A stretch of DNA of 64,000 bases from Chara braunii (Eukaryota > Plantae > Charophyceae). The notes under the pieces were generated by a model. It saw only the letters and a list, made by a program, of their open reading frames with translations, had not been told where the DNA came from and did no database searches. Below are positions 1-12,306 of this stretch, one piece after another. The DNA is taken from positions 3,805,139 through 3,869,138 of the forward strand of contig BFEA01000035.1 of assembly GCA_003427395.1 (NCBI GenBank). Direction: 5' to 3'. Numbering within the stretch: the stretch's first letter is position 1; each line of letters opens with the position of its first letter. The position numbers and the translations under genes were made by a program.

Positions 1-77
1 AAAAAAAAAAAAAAAAAAAAAAAAAAGGAAAACAACAATCGGACTACTGCCCCCCAGAATGTAAATTGGCCTTGGGT

Positions 78-134
78 TACTATTATTGTTATTATTATTA
101 TTATTATTATTATGATGATTATTATTAGTATTAT
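78..134. repeat. (TTA)n microsatellite; an A-run also occupies 1-26
   Basis: Read directly from the sequence. Confidence 0.9.
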
Positions 135-906
135 TTTTAAAATGAGGCTAAAGACGAAAGAAGCAAATGCCAATCAAATGGACGCATGTGACAAACTACT
201 TCCCGACCTCGTGCTATCTTTCGTACCCCTTGACTTAATTCCCTCTTTTGTATCATACTGACCCAACAAAGCCCCCGTCACTTTTCTTGATTTTAGGTGC
301 CTTGTTTAGGGCCCCATTTTTCAGAGGGTCTATCGATTCTTGAATTCTGCTTTCTTTTTGTAATTCGGGAAATGCATGGGAAATTGCGTGCGTCTGGGCG
401 AGCGCACTAGGAATCGGGCTCGACAGTTAGGAATTTCGGAATAAGCGGAACCCGACGTGTCCTTTTTTTTGTGCATGAATGTTCTCGGTCACGTCAGAGA
501 AAACTCTAGGAATTTTGTGAGAATACGGATAGGCATAAGACGTTTTTTTCCCGCGTCGACTTTGGCGCGCGAATATGGTGATTTCAATTTTTGAATTAGT
601 TTAGGACGTAGGCAAGCTGTAATTGTTTTGGTGCCTTTTTCTTTTGTTGTCGGCGCCGCTCATGCGAACTTCCTCCCCCTTATTTCTCGTGTCATTCTTC
701 CCCCGTGCTCTCTTCTTTCTCCCTTCCCCCTCCTTTTCTTCTCCTATCGCAACTATTTTCCCTCTTTCTGCTCTTTGCGCGATTGTTTTCCTTTCTTGAT
801 CATCTAAATCTTGGACCCGTCTCGCGCTGCTTCTCGCGCCTCTTTCCTTCTCGCTCTTCAACCTTGGCTCGCGAAGCCCGGTCGATCCTTCGATTACCCC
901 CGCTCA

Positions 907-1088
907 CCAATCAGACGCGTTGAGTTAGAGGATCTTCCTATTGCGCGACGAATCTGATTGGCTGAACATTGGGTTTCGAAGGATCAACATGGCTTCCCTT
1001 GAGCGCCCCCCACTGAACCTTCTCCTCCTACACCTCGATTTCCTCTCCGCCTTCTCTTCCTTCTGTCTTCCTTCTCGCAACTATAAAT
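907..1088 (+). promoter_or_regulatory. Candidate Pol II promoter: inverted pair of CCAAT boxes plus TATA box
   Basis: CCAATCAGA (907-915) and its reverse complement TCTGATTGG (953-961), a CT-rich tract, then CTATAAAT at 1081-1088. No downstream gene could be confirmed. Confidence 0.3.
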
Positions 1089-2928
1089 TTCGCAAGCGCG
1101 CCTACAAATCACTCTCTTACGTTTTCCACTCGCAAGCCAGCTTCCGGGAAGCAGTGGCTAGGTGATGCGTTTGGTGCGAGTCGAAAAGTCCCGACGGGCT
1201 GACTGTAGGCTGACCGGTTGCGTGCTTGATCGCCACTACGGACTGTGGGATCTGAGCGAACCGTGTCCAGCTTGCGTCAGCGGGGTGACGATCGCAGCGG
1301 CGGAAGTTGGCATGCGACGACCGTGATCGTCGGTGCGGGTATGAGGATCGGTAATTGGAGTTGAGTGGATGATTGGCCCAGGGCCATATTGGAATTTCAC
1401 GGCGAATGCACCTTCATTGTTGCGGATCATTTATCTTTGGTGTGAGTTCATGGCTGTGAAGCCGAACGTTCTCTCGTCGGATTCCAGTGTCTCATGTCTC
1501 GACATTTCTCGCCCATCTCTTCCCTTTCTGATCTGAATGACAATGTGTTATGAGTCTGTCTCTCCTGTGAACAGAAGTGAATCCTTGTGATTTCCTGCGA
1601 AGAAGAACTTCTTCCGGAACTCTTCCATTAGTTTCTTGGGTAATCCCCGGATGCAAAGGAAGTTCAACTCAATCATCTTGTCTTGTGAACGGTGGATGCG
1701 TGTGTATAATCCCCCGATTTATTTCTGGTTTATGCACCATTGTCATTTTCGCACCTTCCACAGTGGATGTATGCATAGAAATGCTTGTATGTGAATTTTT
1801 GCGTTGATTAGATCAGAGCTCGACGAGATCTTGTTCGAGAATGCAAGAGTGTTTAGATATGTCACTCTGAATGCACTGCGCATGCCATCTGCCTTACACT
1901 GCACGGCATCTGCAGCCAGTCTGCGAGGCAGCCTTGAAAGAGCAAGGCGCCTCGGGTTTATGACAATCTGGCCTGCTGAACCTGAGTCGCGGGTTGGTCC
2001 CTCGAAACTTTAACCCGATTCCTGCATGGTTGTACAAGTTCTGTAACATGCTTCCCTCGTGTCGAAAGGAAGGAAAATATTAGTTGGTTTTTACGATTGT
2101 GCTTTTTGATGACGTCTCGGGTTTTTTTGCAAACTCATTTCGATTGATTGATATGTGGACTGATGGGCGCACCTCGATTGGGCGCCAGCCTCCCGTGTCT
2201 CCCACGCTAACGCGCCCCTTCCCTTACAACGAGGAAAGGACCTGTGTTTGCAAGTGGGACGTACGAGAAGCCGTCGCAAGGATCGGCGGACGATATTACT
2301 TCCCTCCCGAAAATCGTTGTTCTGGATTCGTGGACGCGGGCTTTGTATTTATCAATACGCACTTCCCGCCTTACTCAGTATTGTTGTCATTTAACGAGGT
2401 GATCATCATTCCATGGACGGTAGTGGCGCCCCATTGGCCTTGAACCCTGTGCACTGAGTGTCAGCGCTTCGACCGCTACGAATCAAAGGGCTTCCACTAG
2501 TGAATACGGAGTGAAGACGAGCACAAGGAAAGAGCCACGCAGCTGAGACCCTCCACGTCGGACTCGGAATTGACCAACGAGTGACGTCGGGACTTGATAC
2601 GAAAATGGGACACGCGGAGTGTACCGAAGCCCTTTTGCTCTAAATGAAGAGCCGTAGCACGGTGGGAAGTTCGACAATACTTTTTGGATTGAATTTGGAT
2701 TTTTCTCTTTTCGCCCCATGCCCGCGCGCACATTCCGCGACGTGCGAAAGCAACCGACTTACTTCATCGGACCAACACGGGGGATTTCAGTTTTGTCTGT
2801 ATCCCCACACTCAATTTTCCAAAAATCCTTGGCACACCCCATCTTGCTGTTTTCCCGGGCCTTCTTTCCGCACCCTTAGCACTCCGAACGGAAGACAGCA
2901 CAGGGCGTGAGGTTGCGCGTCACACACA

Positions 2929-4300
2929 ATGGAGAAGTCAGATCAGGCAGAGTTTGAAAAAGGAGTTGTTGTAATTGAAGCCCAAACCGAGGACATCGAG
3001 GAACTCCACGTGGACTATACGCCGGAGGTCACCTCCCTTGAAGAGGTCGCCGAATGTAAGGCACCTCATGTGCTGGAAACACCAACTAAGGAACATATTG
3101 GGCCTCGTTAGACACTCCTTGGGGACGTGAAATCCACAAGGACGCGCTCGTTCCACCTGTCCTTGGGGACGAAATTGAAAAAGAAATGTGAAAACGCCAC
3201 AAGGAAAATTCCTTGTGGCATCCTTGTGGCCCCAATCATTTCTTCCTTGTGCCCAAGGGACCTCGTGAGGCCCCTTGGGCACAAGGAATCCGCGTTTCAC
3301 AGAGAGGAGAGGGCACACGGGTAAATAGACGTTACAACTGAGAATCTAGATCGTGGCGGCACCCTATTGGCTGAAGGCCTGAAGCACAACTGTTTTTTTT
3401 TTTTTTTTCTTTTTTTTTTCTGACATCAGGCTTAGGANATGTCCTCGGGCGACGTCCCCGACGACAGGTGGAACGAAGAGCCCAAATTCCCTTACGAGCC
3501 ACAAGGAAAATTCCTTGTGGCACAAGGAACTCGTAAGGAGTGTCTAACGAGGCCCATTGTCTTTGATGGGTACTTGTCCATTGATAGCCGCCCGACACAT
3601 TGCAAATCTAGCAGAGTGGCAGGTTGCAACGGACCCCAGAATTGACAAGGGTCAAAATATGGCATTGCTACTTTAGGAGAAGATAACAGGATCCTACGCA
3701 CATGGCATCTACGAAGCACATGGTTCTGATACACTGCCAGATGCGGGCTGCCAACGCACCAATCAATAAAGACCAGAAACACCCCCAGATATTCAAGAGA
3801 GGGTCAGCCCTAGCTCCTTCACCCCCCTGATTGCTGAAATTGCTTGAGGAAATCAAACAGAGAGGTGGGATAAAGTGGAGATCGTGGAGCACTGTGGCGG
3901 CCATTTCCTATAGCGTGTTGTCAGGGCTTGACATCCGAGAGAGCTGCTGGCCGCCACCTCCTTTGAGGACTTTATCAAGGCTAGCACACAGGGGGGGGAT
4001 GCAGATTTCGACTCAGGGCTTTTGCAATTGACCCGGAGAAGAACCATGGAGATGATTTTTCCAAGCAAGAGATGTCAGATTGGCTCGATGAGGATAATGC
4101 CATGATAGATTCCAAGGAAAGCACATCCCCAACAAAAGGGATCAGCGGTAGTACGGGGCTGGATCCCTGAACCCCAACTAACAAGCGCGGTTGCAATCCA
4201 TGTCACTGATGAGGCGAGGCAGTTGACACTCTCGTTATGACGCACAACCTCACGCCCAACGCAACTTGCTGATCGGAGTGAGGGCGGGCCCGAAGTTGCG
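2929..4300 (+). pseudogene. Degenerate ORF, probably TE-derived (LINE ORF1-like), interrupted by a MITE
   Basis: ATG at 2929 follows a pyrimidine-rich leader. Removing the MITE 3100-3555 and one TSD copy rejoins EHI to VFDGYLSIDS in frame. Downstream frames contain stops and frameshifts. No diagnostic motif. Confidence 0.3.
3100..3555. mobile_element. PIF/Harbinger-like (Tourist-type) MITE
   Basis: Perfect 21-bp TIRs GGGCCTCGTTAGACACTCCTT (3100-3120) and AAGGAGTGTCTAACGAGGCCC (3535-3555). 3-bp TSD ATT at 3097-3099 and 3556-3558. Internal palindrome GCCACAAGGAAAATTCCTTGTGGC occurs twice, with many CACAAGG/CCTTGTG motifs. Confidence 0.85.
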
Positions 4301-4632
4301 AAAAGGGGGTGTGCCAAGGATTCTAGGAAAGTGGGGTGGAGTCCCAGGTCGGAACTGGGATCTCCTGTGTCAAGGTTCTAAGGACAGAATTGCAAAGGGG
4401 TTCGGATGAGAGGGGGCTTTCTTAGTTTGCGACTTTCATGGCCAATACTCAGGATGGACGGTTTTGACGCCTAGGACGGGTTCACATGCGGTGTACGGGA
4501 AGAACATAATGGGTATCTAGCTGCCCAACTCATGGCACCTACGAAATTCATAGATCTCAGAGTCTGACATGGACGGTCTCAGTCGAAGGCTGTGTTCTCG
4601 ATGCTCAGACTCGGTACAAGTGCGCCAGCCCG

Positions 4633-4702
4633 ACGTTCGGTAGAGGTAGTTACGATCGGTTAATCGCGACGTTCGGTAGAGGTAGTCGCAATCCATTAAT
4701 CG
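4633..4702. repeat. 36-bp tandem duplication
   Basis: GACGTTCGGTAGAGGTAGT...TTAATCG occurs twice in tandem. Confidence 0.75.
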
Positions 4703-5399
4703 AAAGGGGACACCGAATTCCATGCTACGAATTCACATTAATGTTGTCGTTCCTATCCATGCAAAAGTATACCAGTAGTACAGCCCGGACATGGGCGACT
4801 TATGCGAGCGCACGTATACGTGACGGGTCGTCTTACTGGCTGACTGTAACGTATACACATGGCATGAGATCCGTTCACAAAGCAACTCGAGGCGACCAAC
4901 TTCCAATTGCTCATCACCGGCGGCAGAGTGCTATCGGGAGCGCTCCGCCGCCCAATGTTTTGATGAGACGGTAGGCTCCTTGGTGAGGGTGGGAAACAAA
5001 GAACGGCCGGGGCGCCATGATGGCAGTTTCGATGCGAGGACGAGAGTGCGGGGCGAGAGGACAGCAGGTGGATGATGAGGCGGGAGAGGGATCGTGGGGC
5101 ATAGAGGAGCAGGCTAGTGGTGTCCAGGTGTTGTTGAAGGCTCTCTTGTTTGCTATTTCTGTCACATGATTGCGTGCTTGAGAAGAAGAACATGGGGGCA
5201 GCGTGTCTCATATCATGGTCTCGTTGGAGAGGAGGAATGTTGTGGGGGGGAGTAAGGGAAGGCAGGTAACGTTCCATGGGCTCGAGGGAGAGTATTACAA
5301 GAAGGAATGGAAGGAGGAACGCGGAAGTAAGGATGTTAAAGACATGTCTTCTATAGGCGGGTGACGTCTGCGACACCCTTCATCTCTTTGGGCTACCTG

Positions 5400-7555
5400 C
5401 GAGGGGCGGCTGGCAGGCTCAACGGTTTAGTCTCGTGACGTGGTTTGGATTGCTGTGATGATAATCCTTGTTGCGGTCCTGTTATCTTCATCGTTCGGTC
5501 CCTTGAGATGGTTGAATGGTTATCAACCACAGGCGACCGAGTTGCTTGAAAGCAGATGAAGGAGAAGGTGAGGTTTGGAGAGAGGGGGGGGGGGGTTAGG
5601 GATTGTCGAGGGTAAGCTATGTTCTTCCTCTTCACGTTTTGTGATGATGATTATGTGATGACCCTGATGCGATTCTTAACGATGTGATTCCTAGATAATT
5701 TTGTCTGGTTCAATACCTATTAGTTTTTTTAACCTTGAATTCTATATATGTAACGAAAATATAACTAACAACTCTGATTCTGAGGTTTGAAAATCAAAAT
5801 TAAATCAAGATTTATTTTGACTTATTTTGTTTGACCTAGTTTGTTTGTCTATTTATTTCCAATTTCACATCATTAGCCGTGTCGATTGTCGTATGTTTTG
5901 TTGCTGAATTACTTCCTACTAGTTCCTAGGCAAATACTCTTAGCCTGAGATTCGTAAATCAGAGGTTGGCCATCTCTGATTTCGTAAAAGTAATTTTCAA
6001 ATCTTAACTCAATCTCGTTTGATCTTCTAATTTGTGTCGATGCTTAAATTTATGAGATAGGTAATCTTGATTTCAAAATTCTAGTCATTCTGATGTCTCA
6101 ATAGTCATTCTTATGCATGGTTCTGACTTTTTATCGTATCTTTTTTTGTGTATCCTATTCTATGTACTGGTAGTTCCAAAAGGGTTTCATATGTTGCTGG
6201 AAATTGTTCCTATCTGTTTTTGGTTATTCATTCTGAATGGAACTCTCCTTTAGGGTTGGAGCCCCTCCCTGCGAGGACAGGGTGGGTGGTGTGATCTTTG
6301 AGAGGGAGGGGCATTGTTGAGGGTTTGTCCTTTCCTGGGCCACGCTGATTTTTGGGTCGGATCAGCTATGGCGGTTGGGGAGAGAGGACAAGGGGTGATG
6401 ATGCTAGCATGGTGAGATGTTGAAGGGTTGTTTCACTTGGAGGGGGTGGGTCAGGAGGGAAGGGGGATCTTCGACTCTGCAGGGCATACTTTAGGGGGTA
6501 TTATATGCAGCTGAGGAAGAAGAGTCGTATTTAGGGGGTTGTTCTGAACTGCTGCTAAGAGGTGAGGGGGCGCTTCCCCGCGGAGGCAGTGATCAGAAAG
6601 GGGGTCGTCTTTTGGGGGGAGAGGAATAATTTGTTTTGGTTCTTGCGAGACTTGTACATGCAATCGAGATTTGAATAGGCGTTGGAGTTTCCATGGGAAG
6701 AGAGGGTGTTTTTCTCCCTCCCTTCCCCTCTTCTTGTGGGAATAGTAGACGTTGAAACCCGTATATGGTTTTCTCAAGCTTTTGATTTCTTGATTTATCA
6801 ATATGTTCTTGAATGAGATTGAATTTTCTGATTAAAAGATTATTTATAAATCGGCGTTGGTGGCAGGGGGCTGCGGTTGCGATGGTGGCGCATAATGCGC
6901 TCTGCGGCCATGGGGCTAGCCTGCAGGGTGGAAATAGGGTACAACAACGGTGAAGATGGTGGCTTCATCGCAGTAAGACTTGCCGGAGTAGGGTTGTGAA
7001 GGATTTTATGTGGGATATCTGCAACCAGTGCTTGAAAGAGCTGAATGATCGGAACTACAGTTATGGTGCTGATTGGTGGCTTGTCTGATATTTGTTGTAG
7101 TTTTGGGTCCTCGTGGGTTTGAGAATGGACGAGGCGAGAACGACGCTGGTCGGTGCTGGGGCTTGGTCGCGTTGCCCTGTAACTTGAGCTGTACGAGGGC
7201 AAGAGACCTGGTAGAGGGATCTGGGGAGTTGTCGAGGGTGAAAAACACTCTAGTGCCCTTTGGTAAGCTGGTACTTAGTCGACGCTGGTCGGAGTCAGGG
7301 CGGGTCGTTTTGCCCCGTAGCCTAGCAGGTGGGAGGCTTCTGGGGTGGGTCGTGCCACTATGTAACCTAGCAGTTTGGGGCGTGAGGCCTAGTAGAGACT
7401 AAGTATCGGGATATAGGAATGAGGCGATTAGGGGTGGGCTACTGAAAGACTCTAAGGCAAGTATTTCTTGATCTGAATGTTCTTCCAAAAAACAAAAGGG
7501 CCCTTTGCATTTAGTAATGTATAGATGTCTATTTTCTTCTATTAGCCCCTTTGAG
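5400..7555 (-). pseudogene. Heavily decayed element, possibly LINE ORF1 and endonuclease on the minus strand
   Basis: Weak APE-like remnants on the minus strand near 6850-6700 (FNLIQEH; GFNVYYSHKKRGREG). No RT motif recovered. Confidence 0.25.
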
Positions 7556-8313
7556 GCTGTTTTCATTAGTACTTGGTGCAAGTTGTTCTCATATTTTTCT
7601 CAAAAAAAGACCTATCATCAAAGAGCGTCCCTGCTCAGCTACTCCCCTAGTTCCGGGGCAATCAATGCTGACAGGGGGAGGTCTTCTTAATGTTTTTTTC
7701 TCAATTTTTGTGAAAAAAAAACCTTGAGAATGCCTTAGGATTCTGGATACTCCTTGCAACTTATTTTAGGTATCTTTGATGTTGTTATATTCATGGATCT
7801 GCGGTTTTTCGATGCCAGAACGACGTTGGCCGGTGCTGGGGGGTTGCCCTGTAACCTGTTGATAGCAGGAGCGTACGACCTGGTAGAGAGATCTGGGGAT
7901 GCCTTAGGCCGGGCATTCCAAGGGAAAACCAAGGGTTGCTGTCGGGATAACGCTGGCCGGAGTTGGGGTGAGTCATGTTGCCCTGTAACCTAGCAGGGTG
8001 GGGGCATGAGGCGTGGGAGAGCTCGGCAGGGACTTAGTGTTAGAAAATTTTAGAGTGTTTTGTCGGGGAGTCCAGGGGGTCTGAGCATTTGAAGTACTTT
8101 TGTGGTAATTGCTGCTTGAGTAGCCTAGCAATAGATCAGCTGTTATCCACATTTTTCCTAAATCTTCTTGAACTTTTTTCATAGTTTTCAGATTGTTGTT
8201 AGCCGAAGCCAGGTAATGACCCTGCTATTTCAAATCATTGGTATATTCTACATGGGACGCTAGGCCTGGTTCCTAGCGTGTTGCTCCCCACAAATAGATT
8301 GGAGCATTTGTCC

Positions 8314-8349
<36 letters not shown>

Positions 8350-10206
8350 ACCAACTTCCCTATTTCCCTTCAATTCCAGCGGACTAAGGTTATGCATGGA
8401 TCCACGTGTCCCAATCATTCAATCTTCCGACATAAACAGGAATTATAAATACAAAATTGAGATGACCAAACTGCAATCATCACACATGACGTCATCCATA
8501 AAAGGAAAGAAATACGAGAGGAACTCCGAAGAAAGGAGGGATTCACACAATTGTACAAAAGTCGGAAATTTTGAAGGCAGAAACAACGAAGACCGAGACC
8601 AGAATTTCTAGAAGAGAAGGAGAAAAGTCCGCACACACCCCGGCGCACGCGCACTCTTACTGCTTCACCATCCTCCTTACTCCGATGCATGCAGTCCGTC
8701 CCCTCACACCTACTTTACCGTCCTCCTCCTTCTGTTTTCATTAGTACTTGGTGCAAGTTGTTCTCAGATTTTTCTCAAAAAAAGACCTATCATCAAAGAG
8801 CTTACCTGCTAAGTTACTCCCCTGGTTCCAGGCAATCAATGCTAACAGGGGGAGGTCTTGTTAAAGTTTTTTCTCAATTTTCTGAAAAAAGACCCTTGAG
8901 AATGCCTTAGGATTCTAGGTACTCATTGCAACTCATTTTAGGCATCTTTGATGCTGTTATATTCATGGACCTGCGGTTTTTCGTTGCCAGAACGACGGTG
9001 GCTGGTGCTGGGGGGTTGCCCTATAACCCGTTGATAGCAGGAGCGTGAGGCCTGGTAGAGAGAGCTGGGTATGCCTTGGGTCGGGCATTCCAAGGGAAAA
9101 CCAAGGGTTGCTGTCGGAACGACGCTGGCCGGAGTTGGGGTGAGTCGTGTTGCCCTGTAACCAACGTTGTCACACGCGGATCCAAGGGGCCCAAGCCGGG
9201 GTAGGGGTTTCATCCCCGGACGCCCTCCGCAGGGCTACCCAACCCCCGCCCCCGCCAAAACNNNNNNNNNNNNNNNNNNNNNNNNNNNNNNNNNNNNNNN
9301 NNNNNNNNNNNNNNNNNNNNNNNNNNNNNNNNNNNNNNNNNNNNNNNNNNNNNNNNNNNNNNNNNNNNNNNNNNNNNNNNNNNNNNNNNNNNNNNNNNNN
9401 NNNNNNNNNNNNNNNNNNNNNNNNNNNNNNNNNNNNNNNNNNNNNNNNNNNNNNNNNNNNNNNNNNNNNNNNNNNNNNNNNNNNNNNNNNNNNNNNNNNN
9501 NNNNNNNNNNNNNNNNNNNNNNNNNNNNNNNNNNNNNNNNNNNNNNNNNNNNNNNNNNNNNNNNNNNNNNNNNNNNNNNNNNNNNNNNNNNNNNNNNNNN
9601 NNNNNNNNNNNNNNNNNNNNNNNNNNNNNNNNNNNNNNNNNNNNNNNNNNNNNNNNNNNNNNNNNNNNNNNNNNNNNNNNNNNNNNNNNNNNNNNNNNNN
9701 NNNNNNNNNNNNNNNNNNNNNNNNNNNNNNNNNNNNNNNNNNNNNNNNNNNNNNNNNNNNNNNNNNNNNNNNNNNNNNNNNNNNNNNNNNNNNNNNNNNN
9801 NNNNNNNNNNNNNNNNNNNNNNNNNNNNNNNNNNNNNNNNNNNNNNNNNNNNNNNNNNNNNNNNNNNNNNNNNNNNNNNNNNNNNNNNNNNNNNNNNNNN
9901 NNNNNNNNNNNNNNNNNNNNNNNNNNNNNNNNNNNNNNNNNNNNNNNNNNNNNNNNNNNNNNNNNNNNNNNNNNNNNNNNNNNNNNNNNNNNNNNNNNNN
10001 NNNNNNNNNNNNNNNNNNNNNNNNNNCCAACACTCAACCCTGCCCCTGCCGGCTGTTGGCCCCGCCCCCGGCCCCGCACCCGCAGCTACCCCGCTCCCCC
10101 TAGTGGTGGGTCTGTCCCCGAGGGGGGTCCGGGGTGGGGCACAAAACCCCATTTTCGGGTTTTAGCCCATAGGGTGCGCGCTCTCGCTGCGCACCCTCCA
10201 CTATTT

Positions 10207-10269
<63 letters not shown>

Positions 10270-12290
10270 TTTTTGGGGGGGGGTCCGGAGCTGAAGTTGG
10301 GGGTGGCCACCCTCGGACCCCCCGACCCCCACCGGGGCCTCAGGGTCGGGGCTCGACAACCCTGCCTGTAACCTAGCAGGGTGGGGGCATGAGGTCTGGG
10401 AGAGCTCGGCACGGAATTAGACAGTGTTAGAGAATTTTAGAGTGTTTTGTCGGGGAGTCCAAGGGTTCTGAGCATTTAAGTAGCCTAGCAATAGGTCAAC
10501 TGTTATCCACATTTTTCCTAAATCTTCTTGAATTTTTTTCATAGTTTTCAGATTGTTGTTAGCCGAAGCCAGGTAATGACCCTGCTATTTCAAATCATTT
10601 GTATATTCTACATGGGGCGTTGGGCCCGGTTCCCAGCACGTGTTGCTCCCCACGAATAGACTGGAGCATTTGTCCCAAAAAAAAGAAAAAAAAAAAAGGC
10701 GACCAACTTCCCTATTTCCCTTCAATTCCAGCGGACTAAGGTTATGCATGGATCCACGTGTCCCAATCATTCAATCTTCTGACATAAACAGGAATTATAC
10801 ATACAAAATTGAGATGACCAAACTGCAATCATCACACATGACATCATCCATAAAGGGAAAGAAAGACGAGAGGAACGCCGAAGAAAGGAGGGATCCACAC
10901 AATTGTACAAAAGTCTGAAATTTCGAAGGCAGAAACAACAAAGGCCGAAACCAGAATTTCTAGAAGATAAGGAGAGAAGTCCCCATACACCCCAGCGCAC
11001 GCGCACTCTTACTGCTTCACCATCCTCCTTACTCCGATGCAAGCAGTCCGTCGCCTCACACCTACTTTACCGTTCTCCTCCTTCTGTTTTCATTAGTACT
11101 TGATGCAAGTTGTTCTCAGATTTTTCTCAAAAAAGGACATATCATCAAAGGGCGTCCCTGCTTAGTTACCCCCCTGGTTCCGGGGCAGTCAATGCTAACA
11201 GGGGGAGGTCTTGTTAAAGTTTTTTCTCAATTTTTTTGAAAAAAAAAACTTGAGAATGCCTTAGGATTCTGGGTACTCCTTGCAACTCATTTTAGGCATC
11301 TTTGATGCTGTTATATTCATGGACCTGCAATTTTTCGATGCCAGAACGACGCTGGCCGGTGCTGGGGGGTTGCCCTATAAGCCGTTGATAGCAGGAGCGT
11401 GAGGCCTGGTAGAGAGATCTGAGGATGCCTTGGGCCGGACATTCCAAGGGAAAACCAAGGGTTGCTGTCAGGACGACGCTGGCCGGAGTTGGGGTGAGTC
11501 GTGTTGCCCTGTAACCTAGCAGGGTGGGGGCATGAGGCCTGGGAGAGCTTGACAGGGAATTACACAGTGTTAGAGAATTTTAGAGTGTTTTGTCGGGGAG
11601 TCTAGGGGTTCTGAGCATTTGAAGGACTTTTGTGATAATTGTTGCTTGAGTAGCCTAGCAATAGGTCAACAATTATCTACGTTTTTCCTAAATGTTCTTG
11701 AACTTTTTCATAGTTTTCAGATTGTTGTTAGCCGAAGTCAGGCTATGACCCTGGTATTTCAAATCATTAGTATATTCTACATGGGACGTTGGGCTTGGTT
11801 CCCAGCACGTGTTGCTCCCCACGAAAAGATAAGAGCATTTGTCTCCCCCCCTCCCCCCGAAAAAAAAAAGAGGTGACCAACTTCCCTATTTCCCTTTAAT
11901 TCCAGCGGACTAAGGTTATGCATGGATCCACTTGTCCCAATCATTCAATCTTCCGACATAAACAGGAATTGTACGTACAAAATTAAGACGACCAAGCTGC
12001 AATTATCGCAGATGACATCATCTATAAAAGGAAAGAAATACAAGAGGAACTCCGAAGAAAGAAGGGATCCACACAATCGTACAAAAGTCCGAATTTTCGA
12101 AGGCAGAAACAGCGAAGGCCAAAACCAGAATTTCTAGAAGACAAGGAGAAAAGTCCCCACACACCCCAGCGCACGCGAGCTCTTGCTGCTTCACCAGCCT
12201 CCTTACTCCGATGCGGGCAGTCTGTCGCCTCACACCTACTTTACCATCCTCCTCCTTACTCTGATGCAGGCAGTCCGTCGCCTCGCACCT
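7556..12290. repeat. Tandem array of three units of about 1.18 kb (about 7556-8730; 8731-11083 including an insertion; 11084-12290)
   Basis: The same landmarks recur: TTTTCATTAGTACTT at about 7560, 8735 and 11087; ATGCATGGATCCAC at about 8392, 10744 and 11918. The ORF track repeats MDPRVPIIQSSDINRN three times. Confidence 0.92.
9162..10364. mobile_element. hAT-like DNA element inserted in array unit 2 (spans an N gap)
   Basis: 8-bp TSD CCTGTAAC at 9154-9161 and 10365-10372; the site is empty in units 1 and 3. Imperfect TIRs CAACGTTGTC and GACAACCCTG (reverse complement CAGGGTTGTC). GC-rich CCCG/CGGG subterminal motifs and (TTTA)n at 10204-10270. Confidence 0.78.
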
Positions 12291-12306
12291 ACCAACAACC
12301 CAGAGT

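Noticed and set aside
1180-2670. RNase MRP-like GAAAAGTCCC (about 1183), C/D-box pair (about 2107-2163) and group II domain V-like GAGCCGTA (about 2649)
   Set aside because: The required partner motifs are missing in each case.
4753-5376. 207-aa minus-strand ORF
   Set aside because: Low-complexity S/L/P/H composition and no motif; probably a frame of decayed TE sequence.
9147-10165. Long ORFs crossing N gaps (also 33206-33901 and 43844-44581)
   Set aside because: Artefacts of translating through Ns.
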